The position numbers were made by a program, and so were the translations under genes. From an uncultured delta proteobacterium (GTDB lineage Bacteria > Myxococcota > UBA727 > VGSZ01): a stretch of DNA of 64,000 nucleotides. The stretch covers positions 96,001 to 160,000 of the forward strand of contig CAVZJB010000017.1 of the NCBI GenBank assembly GCA_963775425.1, read 5' to 3'. The notes under the pieces were generated by a model. The model was not told the origin of the DNA and made no database searches. It worked only from the letters and a program-made list of their open reading frames with translations. This document shows positions 47,336 to 57,398 of this stretch, in pieces. Positions within the stretch are counted from its first letter, which is position 1; each line of letters begins with the position of its first letter.

Positions 47336-47986
47336 ATGGCGTTCGTCGTCGTCCTCGATGCAAATGTTCTCTATCCGTTCACACTGCGCGACACCCTCCT
47401 GCGCGCGGCGGCCGCGAACCTCTATGAGCTGCAGTGGTCGGCGATGATCCTCGATGAGATGGAGCGCAACCTCGTCGACAATGGCGCGACCACGCTGGAA
47501 CAAGCGGCGCGGCTCCGCGCAACGATGGAGCGTGTCTTTCCCGACGCGATGGTGACCGGCTTCGAGCGGCTCATCGCTGCGATGAAGAACGACGAGAAGG
47601 ATCGCCACGTCGCGGCCGCGGCCGTGAAGTGCGGCGCTCAGCTGATCGTGACGTCGAACGTGAAGGACTTCGCCGATCTGCCGGACGGCATCGACGTTCA
47701 GTCTCCCGATGAGTTCCTGTGCAACCTCGTCGACCTCGATCCACGCTCGTTCCTCGAGCTGCTGCGGGAGCAGGCCGCGGACCTCAAGAAGCCACCTGTG
47801 ACCTTCGAACAGTTCCTCGAGACGTTCGAGAAGATGGTCCCCAACTTCGTCGCCGCAGTGCGCGCCATCGACCACGATTATGTAGGCGACGCGAACCCGC
47901 CCGACGACGCCGCCGCACACGCGCTGCGGGACGCGTGCGGCGCCGCCGTCGGCGGCATGTTCGGCATCAAGATCGCCCCCGACTGA
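47336..47986 (+). CDS. PIN-domain (VapC-like) toxin
   Basis: VVLDANVLY, ILDEM, DEKDRHVAAAA, IVTSNVKDF, PDEFL. Confidence 0.9.
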   Translation: MAFVVVLDANVLYPFTLRDTLLRAAAANLYELQWSAMILDEMERNLVDNGATTLEQAARLRATMERVFPDAMVTGFERLIAAMKNDEKDRHVAAAAVKCGAQLIVTSNVKDFADLPDGIDVQSPDEFLCNLVDLDPRSFLELLREQAADLKKPPVTFEQFLETFEKMVPNFVAAVRAIDHDYVGDANPPDDAAAHALRDACGAAVGGMFGIKIAPD

Positions 47987-48369
47987 TCGAGACCGGCACG
48001 CCTGCCGGTCTCACCGACGCTGCGACGGCCGTGAGCGCGACGGACGTGGGCGCCGGCCGTCGGCGCTCGCCGGCCGCCCCGGCGGCGGGGCGTGACCGGT
48101 GCCCTCACGGGTTTCAGCAGCTCGGCGGCATCGACGCCCAGCGAGACCGCGAAGGCGGCGAGGGTGTCAAGCGGGACGCCATGACGCTCGCGCTCGATGC
48201 GCTGAAGGTATTGCAGCGAGACGCCAACGCGCTCGGCAGCTTTCTCCTGCGATAGGCCGAGCCTCGCCCGGATTGCACGGAGGTTTTCCGCCAATCGGTG
48301 CCGCACCTCGCTTCGCGCGCGCAGGAACACCGGGTCGTCGACGTCCATTCTCGAGACGGACGGTCCCAT
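47878..48369 (-). CDS. XRE-family HTH transcriptional regulator
   Basis: LAENLRAIRARLGLSQEKAAERVGVSLQYLQRIER; GGAGAGG RBS; low-complexity tail overlaps the PIN gene. Confidence 0.8.
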   Translation of the reverse strand: MGPSVSRMDVDDPVFLRARSEVRHRLAENLRAIRARLGLSQEKAAERVGVSLQYLQRIERERHGVPLDTLAAFAVSLGVDAAELLKPVRAPVTPRRRGGRRAPTAGAHVRRAHGRRSVGETGRRAGLDQSGAILMPNMPPTAAPHASRSACAAASSGGFASPT

Positions 48370-48530
48370 CGCGACCTCTCCGGTATTAGAACCTGATAGG
48401 TTCGCGCCGGGGGCCAAGAACACATCGGTACTGCGTGGCAAGTGGAGACGCGCCAGCGCTTCCTCGTCTGGAAGGAGAGACAGTGGAAAGCAAGAACAGT
48501 GCGCCGAACGAGGAGCCACAAGCGAAGAAG

Positions 48531-49914
48531 GGCTCTTCGCGGATCGCAGTGGGCCCTCTCAGGCACTTCGGGGCAGCGCGGGCAGGAAAGCCGCGACGAT
48601 TTTCAGCCCCAGGTACTCCTCGTCTCGGTAGCCGTATGCCCGTCTTTGGATGACGCGGATTTTGTTGTTGAGCCCCTCCACGACGCCGAGGCTGATCTTG
48701 TTCTCGGGGCGGCAGTATGAGGCGATGCCATCCCAGTGACGCTCGATCATCGCGGCGAATTTCACGTAGGGGGCGAGCCGTTGCCACTTGAGGCTGTCCC
48801 GCCAGCGGTCGAAGAAGGCCCGCGAGCCACGCTCGGTGCGGTAGTCCCACAGAAGGCCGAAGGACTCCTTGAGGACGTAGGCGGTGTTGAGGCGCCTGTT
48901 GGCCTGCAGCAGCTTCTTGAGGCTCGCCCTGCCGTCGTGGTCGAGGTTCTCGCGGTGGGAGAGCAGCGTGTACCGCTGGCCCTTGATGTACGCGCGGTCC
49001 TTGCCCTTCAGCCGCCGGAACTCGCTGCGCCGCACCTCGTCGAGGGCGTCGGAGAGGTGGCGCATGATGTGGAACTTGTCGAAGACCACGCGCGCGTTGG
49101 GTGCGTTCTTGGCGAGCGACTTCCTGAACGGCTTCCACATGTCCATGGCGGCGATCTCGATGCGGGCACACTTGGCCGGGCCCAGCGCCGCGAAGAAGAG
49201 ATCGAAGTCGGCTTCGGTGCGACCCGTCCCGCCGAACCGGATCGGCCGATGCTGGTCGAGGTCGCTGACGATCACGCGGTAGTTCTGCCCCTTGCGCACC
49301 GAGATCTCGTCGACGCCGATGGCCCTGGGCGCCAACCGACCAGCTCGCTCGACCTGGAGCCGCATGTAGATCTTGTCGAGGTCCTTCACGGTGCTGTCGT
49401 GCAAGTGCTCGAGCTCCGCGACGGCCTTGTTGGTCATCTCGCGGCAGAGCGCACCGACGTGCAGCGCGTACCGCCGCGTGTACCTCGGGTTCTTCGCAAG
49501 CCAGTCGAGCTGCTCTACGAACACCGCGTGGCATCGCGGGCACCGGACGCGCCAGCGCTCGAACTCCACGTAGACGCGCCACCCAGCCACCGAGAGGTCG
49601 CGCGCGCGGCAGGTCCGCTGGTCGTATCGGCCTCGACATCGATGTCCACAGCACGAGCACACCGCCGTTTTTTTCGCCGACGAAGCACGATGACGCGGGC
49701 GTACCGATTGCCGAACTCACCCTTGAGAGCGGAGGCAGCAACGAAGCCCGGCAACGAGAACAGTGCGCGAATGGAGGCCGGGCTCTTCATCCCACCAGCC
49801 TGCCCTCAACTCGACGCAGGTTTCAACCAAGACGCGCCCCTGGAAACGCCAGGCCCCATGCGGCCTTGCGGGCCGTGCACCCTTGCCGATGCCCACTCAA
49901 AAGCGCGAAGAGCC
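48531..49914 (-). mobile_element. ISL3-family insertion sequence (1,384 bp)
   Basis: Imperfect 23-bp IRs GGCTCTTCGCG-N6-AGTGGG; 8-bp TSD CGAAGAAG at 48523-48530 and 49915-49922. Confidence 0.95.
48559..49790 (-). CDS. ISL3 transposase, split into two frames joined by a probable -1 frameshift
   Basis: CSCCG/CPRC zinc finger; IGVDE, AMDMW, FDKFH, VEGLNNKI; A7 run (T7 at 49668-49674 on +) at the frame junction. Confidence 0.9.
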
Positions 49915-50769
49915 CGAAGAAGAAGGGAGGGAACCGCGCCTTGATCGGATGTCTCGCCGCCCTGGCCAGCATCGGTGCGTGCGCCGTTTGCGTGAGCGAC
50001 CTGTCGGAGAAGGCAGAGGACGATCGCATCGCCGCAGCGCAGGCACGCGACGCCGAGGACAAAGCGCGCAAGGCGACTGCGCTCGCAGCGCTGGCCACAC
50101 TGAAGACCAAGGATCCGCCGGACGTCTGGGTCGCGAAGTGCGCTCACGTCGAGAACACCCACGCGGAAATCCCGGACGAGTCGCGAGGCGCGTGCGCTGC
50201 GGCATTCGCCAGCGTCGGGCAAGCCAGGCTGAAAGCCGGAGACGCCACCGCCGCACTTGGCGCCCTGCAAACAGCCAAGCGTCTCGGTGCCGAGCACCTC
50301 GACGAGGCGCTCACAGCGGCGGAGAAACGCGCGCAGGTGGAAGCGGCCGCCGCTGAGAAGCGGAGGGCAGCGGCAGCCAAGGTCGCCGCCGACAAGAAGG
50401 AAAAGGCGGAGGCGCTCGAACGAGAAGCCGGCCCCAAACCGACGATCTGGGCGAACATCGGTGGTTGCTTCGAATGCGAGGAGGCGCTTCGTCAGGTGCT
50501 CAACGATCCAGACTCGTTCGAGCGCATGAGTGTCACCGACGCCCAGCTCGTGACGACGAAGAGGTACGGCCCGTGTTGGCGCGTCGGGATGACGTTCCGG
50601 GCGAAGAACGGCTTTGGCGGGAAGATGATCTACAGCAAGACGTTCCTCATCAAGCACGGGGGTGTCCACATCGAGTAGCGGCGACGACGCCTGGCGCACA
50701 AGCCGAAGCGTCATGTCGCCGACCGGGTCCCGCCTTGCTGGCCGACGCTGGGGATGCGACGATGGGGAG

Positions 50770-50982
50770 GTGACCCGTTTTGACCTCGACACCGAACGAG
50801 AAGACGATGGCCGGTGGCTGGCCGAGGTGGCGGCCCTCCCGGGCGTGCTCGCCTACGGCGCGACGCGCGACGAGGCCGTCCGCAAGGCTGAGGCGCTTGC
50901 CTTGCGCGTCATCGCCGACCGTATCGAGCACGGCGAGGCCGCGCCGGACGTCGGCGCGCTGTTCAACGTGACCGCCGCTTAG
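50770..50982 (+). CDS. hicB: HicB-family antitoxin
   Basis: EREDDGRWLAEVAALPGVLAYGATRDEA. Confidence 0.88.
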   Translation: MTRFDLDTEREDDGRWLAEVAALPGVLAYGATRDEAVRKAEALALRVIADRIEHGEAAPDVGALFNVTAA

Positions 50983-51191
50983 AGGTCGCCCGGTTGGAGC
51001 CCCGTGTGTTTGGCGATGCGCGCAAGCATCTTCGGGCCGATCTCGTCGTCGTCATGGAAGGCGAACACGTAGTCGGGGACGCCGTCGCGCGCGAGCACGC
51101 GATGCGAGCCGGTCTGCCGCTTCTGCGCCCAGCCGATGCGCAGCAGCGCCGCGAGCACTTTCTTCGCTTTCGTGGAAGCCCACTTCCCCAC
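50979..51191 (-). CDS. hicA: HicA-family toxin
   Basis: LLRIGW.QKRQTGSHRVL, FAFHDDDEIGPKMLARIAKHTGL; own GGAGG RBS. Confidence 0.9.
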   Translation of the reverse strand: MGKWASTKAKKVLAALLRIGWAQKRQTGSHRVLARDGVPDYVFAFHDDDEIGPKMLARIAKHTGLQPGDL

Positions 51192-51370
51192 GCCCGACCT
51201 CCGCGTCGCCGCCAGCGTACCGCGAGCCCGTGCTACGTCAGGGCGCGGGCTCCCGCAGGGCGCCGCCTTGCACGACGCGCCGGCGGGGTGGGGGCAGCCG
51301 TGGGGGCATCCACCGGGACGTCCGGCCGATCACCGCGCCCTGATGCGGCGCCGCGAAGAGGTGTGATGGT

Positions 51371-51528
51371 CGCCGCCTCCACCACTCGGCGTCGCCGACA
51401 CGACTCGGCCGCAGCACTCGGCGCCTTTGGCGCCTTTCGTTTTGGTCGCCGCGTGGGTGCGGCGCCTGGGTGCCATCGCGCTCTCACGCGATGAGGTCTG
51501 CGCCGCGCGCAGACGGCGGCCGGGTGCG
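51371..51528. repeat. att-like second copy of the tmRNA 3' end and downstream sequence
   Basis: CGCCGCCTCCACCACTCGGCGTCGCCGACACGAC is identical to 44611-44644; the next ~120 bp closely match ~44707-44830. Confidence 0.9.
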
Positions 51529-51612
51529 TCTCCGTGGCGCTGCGGCGGCGATGAGCCGCCCGGCCTCGTCGACGTCGCTCGAGTCCCGCCTGCGCGCCTT
51601 CATCAGCTCGCC

Positions 51613-52290
51613 TCATCGTTCTCCGTGGGCGGCGACGAGGTCCACGGCGATGGCGTGAAAGAGCCGCGCGAGGTCCCGCGCGAAGTCGCGGCGAAAGCCG
51701 CAGAGCTCCGGGGCGGAGGCGATGGCGCGGTCGACGGCCGGCGCGGGATGGGCGTAGGGCCACAGGCCCGTGACGACCACCGCGCCGTCGTTCAGGAGCT
51801 GGACGGCGTCCGCCGGCTCGAGGAGCGGCGCCTTCGACACCATGAACGACGCCGCCTGCTCGAAGAACGCGAGGCTCAAGCGCTTGAACTCGCGGATGGC
51901 GTCCTCGCTCAGGTTCTGCTCCAACACCGACGGCAGCGCGCTCGTCAGGAGACACAACAGCGGGCGCGCGGCCAGCGTGCGGGCGAGGTGGTCCGTGAGC
52001 GCGCGCAAGGACGCGCCCGGCGTCGCCTTCGCCGGCGACTTCCACGTCGCCGTCAGCGCCACGAACCACGCCGTCCACTCGTCGCGGAGCAGATCGAGGA
52101 GCACGTGCTCGCGGCTCTCGAAGTAGCGGTAGACGTTGGACTTGGTCATCGACGCCCGGCGGGCGAGCTCGTTCAGGCTCAGGTCGCGCAGCGCGGTCCC
52201 CTCCTCGAGCATCGCGCGGGCCGTCCGCAAGAGGCGCCCGCGGCGCTCCTCCTTCTGTTCGGGCTGCCGGGCGCGGGTGAAGCTCGTCAC
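51613..52290 (-). CDS. TetR-family transcriptional regulator
   Basis: RARQPEQKEERR, LSLNELARRASMTKSNVYRYFESRE. Confidence 0.92.
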   Translation of the reverse strand: MTSFTRARQPEQKEERRGRLLRTARAMLEEGTALRDLSLNELARRASMTKSNVYRYFESREHVLLDLLRDEWTAWFVALTATWKSPAKATPGASLRALTDHLARTLAARPLLCLLTSALPSVLEQNLSEDAIREFKRLSLAFFEQAASFMVSKAPLLEPADAVQLLNDGAVVVTGLWPYAHPAPAVDRAIASAPELCGFRRDFARDLARLFHAIAVDLVAAHGER

Positions 52291-52311
52291 ACGGCGATCC
52301 TAACGGATCGC

Positions 52312-52355
52312 TTGACTAGAGACCAGTGGTCTCTTACTTAGAGACCACCGGTCTC
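52312..52355. promoter_or_regulatory. Two palindromic TetR-type operators overlapping a -35-like hexamer
   Basis: TTGACT at 52312-52317; AGAGACCA-G-TGGTCTCT at 52318-52334; GAGACC-ACC-GGTCTC at 52341-52355. Confidence 0.8.
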
Positions 52356-52388
52356 CAATCGCGGGACCCAAGAACAGAGGAGCCGACC

Positions 52389-53369
52389 ATGCCCCATCCC
52401 CATATGTGCCCGCCCGAGCTGTTCGCCGGCGATCTGAGCGGCCGCACCTTCATCGTCACCGGCGCCAACTCGGGCATCGGCCTCGTCACCGTCGAGCAGC
52501 TCGCAAAACAGGGCGCCAACGTGGTCCTCGCCTGCCGCCGCGTGAAGGAGGGCGAGCAGGCCCGCGCCGGGATCGTCGCCCGCGGCGCCAAGGGCAGCGT
52601 GGAGGTCATGGAGCTCGACCTGGCGGATCTCGCCTCGGTCCGCCGCTTCGCCGAAGCCTTCCTCGCCGCGCACGATCGACTCCACGGCCTCGTCAACAAC
52701 GCCGGCGTGATGAACGCGCCCCAGGGCAAGACACGGGACGGCTTCGAGACGCAGCTCGGCGTCAACCACCTCGGGCACTACCTCCTCACCGAGCTCCTCC
52801 TCGATGCGCTCAAGCGCGCGGCGCCCTCGCGCGTCGTCGTGCTCTCGAGCTGCTACCACGACGTCGCGCGCGGCCGACAAGGCAAGATCGACTTCGACGA
52901 CTTGATGTTCGAGCGCCGCCCCTACGACGGCTGGGCGGCGTACGCGCAGTCGAAGCTCGCGAACCTCCTTCACGCGCGCGCGCTCGCGAAGCGCCTCGCC
53001 GGCACCGGCGTCACCGCCGTCAGCGTGCACCCCGGCTGGGTGCGCACCAACCTCATCCGCTCCACGATGCCGACCTGGATGCAGGACGTCGTCCTGCGTC
53101 CCTTCCTGCGCGCCGCCGGCATGATCGAGCCGTGGGAGGGCGCGCAGACGACGCTGTTCGCCCTGCTCTCCCCCGACGTGCCCGAGCACGCCGGCGACTA
53201 CTACTCGCAGCTCGGCATCTACCGCGACAAGGCGAGCAACAAGGGCGGTTGGCCGATGCGCTCCCCGAACCCCGAGGCGCACGACGACGCCGCCGTAGAC
53301 CGCCTCGACGTCGTGAGCCGTCGGCTCGTCGGGCTCCCTCCGGTGACGGACGCCGTTCGCGCCGCGTAG
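52389..53369 (+). CDS. SDR oxidoreductase (retinol dehydrogenase/WWOX-like)
   Basis: TGANSGIG, NNAGVM, NHLGH, YAQSK, HPGWVRT; GAGGAG RBS. Confidence 0.95.
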   Translation: MPHPHMCPPELFAGDLSGRTFIVTGANSGIGLVTVEQLAKQGANVVLACRRVKEGEQARAGIVARGAKGSVEVMELDLADLASVRRFAEAFLAAHDRLHGLVNNAGVMNAPQGKTRDGFETQLGVNHLGHYLLTELLLDALKRAAPSRVVVLSSCYHDVARGRQGKIDFDDLMFERRPYDGWAAYAQSKLANLLHARALAKRLAGTGVTAVSVHPGWVRTNLIRSTMPTWMQDVVLRPFLRAAGMIEPWEGAQTTLFALLSPDVPEHAGDYYSQLGIYRDKASNKGGWPMRSPNPEAHDDAAVDRLDVVSRRLVGLPPVTDAVRAA

Positions 53370-53435
53370 CCTCGACGCCTCGACGCTGCGGCGCCCCCGT
53401 GATCGGCCCGCCGGCGGGGCGGGGCGGGACCGGAG

Positions 53436-53600
53436 CATGCGCGCACCTGAAGATCGAGCGCGACGACGCCGGCGGCCTCATCGTCGTCGACCTCGAGAGC
53501 CGCGGCGGCACCCGCATCGGCGGCGCCCCGCTGTCCGGCCGCCAGGCGCTGTCGCCCGGGGCCGACATCGACATGGCCGGCGTCGTCGTCCGGACCACGC
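53436..53600 (+). pseudogene. FHA-domain fragment
   Basis: HLKIE...VVDLESRGGTRIGG...LSPGADIDMAG; N-terminal GR motif absent and no start. Confidence 0.55.
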
Positions 53601-53794
53601 CCGCGCCGGACGGCGTGTGGCTCGTGCCCGCGCTGGCCCCCGATCGCCGCGCGCTGGCCGCCACCGGCGACGACGTCGCCCTGCCCCGGCCCGCGCTTCA
53701 GCGGCGCCACCGTGACCGTGCGGTTCGACTCACGCGGCCGCGCGCTGCTGCTGCCGCCGGCGGCGCTCAACGGCGAGGCGCTCAAACGCCCGAC

Positions 53795-54127
53795 AGCCGC
53801 GCCCTCGACCGCATGAAGTCGCCGCGCATGGCCCGCCGGGTCACCTGGGACGACGCCCGCGCCGCCGAGACCGAGGCCCCCGCCGTCGACCCCGGCCTGC
53901 GGATGGAGCGCGAGCGCGTCCGCCAGGCGCTGACCGCGCTATCGCCGGATCAGCGCGCGGTCGTCGACGCCTGCTACTTCGCCGGCCTCTCCACCGCCGA
54001 GGCGGCGGAGAAGCTCGGCTGCCCCGTGGGCACCGTGAAGTCGCGCCTGAGCGCCGCGCGCGAGCGCCTGCGCGCCGCCCTCGCCGACGACGACGCGCCC
54101 GCGACCGCCGGAGGGACCTCGTCATGA
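53795..54127 (+). pseudogene. ECF sigma factor, C-terminal half only (region 4)
   Basis: RALDRMKS...ALTALSPDQRAVV...YFAGLSTAEAAEKLGCPVGTVKSRL; no region 2; followed by an ATGA-coupled MTDRDDD fragment. Confidence 0.75.
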
Positions 54128-54396
54128 CCGATCGCGACGACGACCTCGACGACGAGCTGTTCGCGGCGCTGGTGCCACGGCTACACCGCGACTCCTGGCC
54201 CGGACCTCATCACCCTCGTCGTGGTCCAGCAGGGCTTCGACATCGGGGACGTCCACTTCGGCCCGGATTCGCCTGACGCCTGACCTCGACCGGTGCTGCT
54301 CCTCGTGGGGCGGGGCTTGTCGCCCGCCGATGCCGGCCGCGCCCTGCGGGAGCCTCCGCCGCCGCGCTGCACCCCCGAGCTATCTTGTCCCTCGAC

Positions 54397-55050
54397 ATGA
54401 CAAACGACGAAGAGCGAGCGGTCTCCGACGAGCCGCCGCAGCCACCGCGCGACATGTCCACCGAGGACGTTGCCCGACGCCCGCGCTTCAACGTGCGCTC
54501 GCCCCTCGTTCTCGGGGCCGTTGCCGTGCTCGTGCTCCTCATCGGCACCGTCGCGCTCCTGGTCGCTGTCGGGAGCGGCGAAGGCATCGCGCTCGTGCGC
54601 GCGAAGAAGGCGCCGCCGCCGCCACCGCCGCCCCCCGCTCCGCCGCGCGCGCGCATCGCCAGCGTCACGGTCACCGGCGACCTGTCGCCTGAACGGGTCA
54701 CCGCGGCGCTCCTCCCGGTGCAGCCCGCGCTCGACCGCTGCGCGGCGGCGTCGCCGGGGCAGCACATCATGTTGCGCGACGTCGTCGTCGGCGCCGACGG
54801 CGCCGTCGCCCCGATTCCCCGGAGCGGGCGCGTCTATGGCGACTGCGTGGCCGGCGCGCTGCAGGCCGCGCGCTTCGATCCCCCGGTGGCGCCGGACGTC
54901 TCGCTCGACATCCACGTCGCCGCGGACGCCGGCAAGGGCGATGACCGCCCGTTCCTCGACGCGAGTCGCATCGTCGCCGCCGCGCCGCGCGACCACGGCC
55001 ATGTTGGCGGCGCTCCGTCACCGGAACCGATGCGCGCGGAGGAGCGGTGA
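54397..55050 (+). CDS. Single-TM protein with Pro-rich linker and AgmX/TonB-C-like domain
   Basis: TM segment, poly-Pro, LDRC...VVVGADGAV...GDCVAGAL...F. Confidence 0.55.
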   Translation: MTNDEERAVSDEPPQPPRDMSTEDVARRPRFNVRSPLVLGAVAVLVLLIGTVALLVAVGSGEGIALVRAKKAPPPPPPPPAPPRARIASVTVTGDLSPERVTAALLPVQPALDRCAAASPGQHIMLRDVVVGADGAVAPIPRSGRVYGDCVAGALQAARFDPPVAPDVSLDIHVAADAGKGDDRPFLDASRIVAAAPRDHGHVGGAPSPEPMRAEER

Positions 55051-55525
55051 TGCCACGCGTGATCGTGACGGGGGCGAATCGTGGGCTCGGCTTCGCGACG
55101 GCCGAGAAGCTCTTGCGGCGCGGCTGCGCCGTGGTGCTGACGTCGCGCGATCCCGCGGCGGGCGAGGCCGCCGCCGACGCGCTGCGCGCCGCCGTGCCGT
55201 CGGCGCAGGTGGAGGCGCGACAACTCGACACGTCGCTGCGCGCGTCCATCGAAGGCTTCGCGCGCGCGTTGTGGGCGGACGGCGCGCCCATCGACGTCCT
55301 CCTCAACAACGCCGGACGCATGAACCGCGATCCGCAGCCGGCCGTCGACACCGCCCTCGTCGCCGCCGGGATGGAGCTGTTCTTCGCGTCGAACGTGCTC
55401 GGCCCCTTCCTGCTGACGCGAATGCTGTTGCCGCTCCTCCTGCGGGCGCCCGCGCCGCGCGTGGTCAACGTCTCGTCGCGCACGCACCTGCGCCTGCCGA
55501 AGGGCAGCTTCCCGTTCGACGGGAG
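55050..55525 (+). pseudogene. Truncated SDR oxidoreductase
   Basis: TGANRGLG, NNAG, NVLGPFLLT, VVNVSS; similarity ends before any YxxxK. Confidence 0.75.
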
Positions 55526-55984
55526 TCGATCACAATCAGTCTTGTCTGCTTGTTGTCGACGAGCCCGCGGCGCGCGCCTGCGCGATGACGAATCGCCTGG
55601 TACAAGACCGCTCATGAAGCAGCTCGCGCCGCCGTCGGAGCATCGTTCGACCACGACAGCGCTGCGCTGCGCTGCTCTCGACGCTGCTCGCGTCGTCATG
55701 GCAAGCGGCCTGCTCCACCTGCGACGTGGAGACGGCGTGCAAAGCCGCGGAGCCTGGCGAGGTCGTGTTCGTGAGCGAGGAGTGCATCGTGAAGTGCGGC
55801 GAGGCCCTCGATGGCGGCGTGCCCGACAGCGGGGTCGATCCTGATCCCTGAGTTGCGGCGCGCCCTCGCGACGCACGCCGCCGTAACCACGTAGTCGCCA
55901 AGCCGGCACCACTCGCGTCAACCGATACCGCGACGCTCGGGCACGGGCACGGGCACGTTGACGGCGTGCCAATTCAATAGCCTG

Positions 55985-56371
55985 CTAAAGCAGGACGGAC
56001 GCGATCATCACCATGCCGGCGATGGACACCGCCCAGATGGCGGTGCGCAGGTAAGGGACGCCGATCATGTAGACCGCCGCGTGAGCGACGCGCGCCCCGA
56101 GGAAGACCTCGGCCCCGAGCGCCGTGGTGCTGTTGGCCTTGCCGAGCACATGGACGACCAGCACGAGGATGGCGAACAGCGGAAGGTTCTCCTTCATGTT
56201 CTTGCTCGTGCGCCGCCAGCGCTTCTGCCAATCGCTCTCCGCGGGCCGCGCTTCGTCTCGGTTGCCCAACGCCCACAGCGGGTGCTTCAGCAGCGTGGGC
56301 GCCGAGGAGATCATCATCAGCGCCCACGTGAGGACGACGCTGCCCAGGAGCATCCACAGGTCGGTCGTCAT
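55985..56371 (-). CDS. MAPEG-family membrane protein
   Basis: R...N..ENLPLF, ARVAHA.VY..G.PYLRT; multiple TM segments. Confidence 0.85.
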   Translation of the reverse strand: MTTDLWMLLGSVVLTWALMMISSAPTLLKHPLWALGNRDEARPAESDWQKRWRRTSKNMKENLPLFAILVLVVHVLGKANSTTALGAEVFLGARVAHAAVYMIGVPYLRTAIWAVSIAGMVMIASVLL

Positions 56372-56573
56372 GCGGGACTCTTAGCACAACTTCGCGTGCC
56401 GTCCGACCGCGACGGCGGCGCCCGGATCGAGCGGCTCGCCTATCGTCGACATGCACGGCCGCGTGATCGCTGTGGACCTCAGCGGCGTGACCGAGAGCCC
56501 GATCTCCTTCGGTGCGCGGAACCGTGGCGAAGGGCAGGTCGGTGTTCTACAGCTCCACCGGAGGCGATTGAGC

Positions 56574-57365
56574 ATGGCTGTGATGAGCTTGGCGGAGAGG
56601 CTCGCCGAGGCGTTCGGCGAGATGCCGGCGAACGTGCGCCTGTCATTTTCACCCGCGGACGACGGCGATCCGGGGTCATGCGCCAACGTCGTCATCGACG
56701 TCGTGGGCGACGACGGCAGGGTCGTGCGCCGCCTGGAAGAGAGTGTCCTCGTCGACGGTTGTTCCGATCCGCGCTTCGACGCTTTTCTGATCGGATCCGC
56801 GCGGGCCTTTGCGGCCCTCGTTGCGCGCAACCAGATCGAGATCGGGAGTGACTTCTATCCGCATGACCTCCTGGTTGATCACGCGCTGACGAAGAGAGCG
56901 CTGGAGAGCGCGAGCGACTTCGAGGCCGCGCTGGCGAGCGTCGCGACGCGCGAGGCGCTGTTGGTCGAGAAGCTCATGCTCGAGCACCTTCGCGCGATCG
57001 GCCGCGAGTCGATCTCGGGCCCCGAGGACGCGCCCGCGCTGGCGCTGCTCTGCCGGCGCCAACTGGCCCTGGAGGAGGTGCCGATTCGAGAGCTGGCCGC
57101 GGCCGTGCGCCACCTCGCGGCGGCCGCGGACATGCGGCCGGTGTTTGCATCGCTGGTCGAGGCCTGGCTCGAGGAATACGACCCATTTGCCGAGGAAGCC
57201 TGGCCGGACGGGCCGAAGGTGGCCGCGCTCCTCGCCGCCGGCGCCTATCGGTCGCTCGCGTCACAGGTCGACCGCGACGCCGACTGGTGGGCCGCGCTCG
57301 TTCGCGCCGTGGACCGGTTGCCGCGCCGGCCCACCGAAGAAGAGCTCAGCCGCGCGGGGTTCTGA
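56574..57365 (+). CDS. Hypothetical protein
   Basis: Long ORF with protein-like composition; start uncertain. Confidence 0.5.
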   Translation: MAVMSLAERLAEAFGEMPANVRLSFSPADDGDPGSCANVVIDVVGDDGRVVRRLEESVLVDGCSDPRFDAFLIGSARAFAALVARNQIEIGSDFYPHDLLVDHALTKRALESASDFEAALASVATREALLVEKLMLEHLRAIGRESISGPEDAPALALLCRRQLALEEVPIRELAAAVRHLAAAADMRPVFASLVEAWLEEYDPFAEEAWPDGPKVAALLAAGAYRSLASQVDRDADWWAALVRAVDRLPRRPTEEELSRAGF

Positions 57366-57398
57366 AAGCAGTCATCGGCGACGACGCAGAAGCGGTCC

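Larger units (their letters stand above)
48483..50678 (+). pseudogene. Membrane-anchored phage/island-type protein interrupted by ISL3
   Basis: AAGGAG RBS + GTG at 48483; VESKNSAPNEEPQAKK rejoins KGGNRALIG in frame once the IS and one TSD are removed; C-terminal LNDPDSF...FRAKNGFGG. Confidence 0.75.
44611..51404. mobile_element. Degenerate genomic island at the tmRNA 3' end, bounded by direct repeats; no integrase
   Basis: 34-bp identical repeat at 44611-44644 and 51371-51404; accessory cargo (TA pairs, IS, R-M remnant). Confidence 0.75.

Noticed and set aside
52406-54127. 573-aa ORF suggesting an FHA-sigma fusion protein
   Set aside because: The first ~340 aa are an off-frame overlap of the SDR gene, and both the FHA and sigma parts are incomplete
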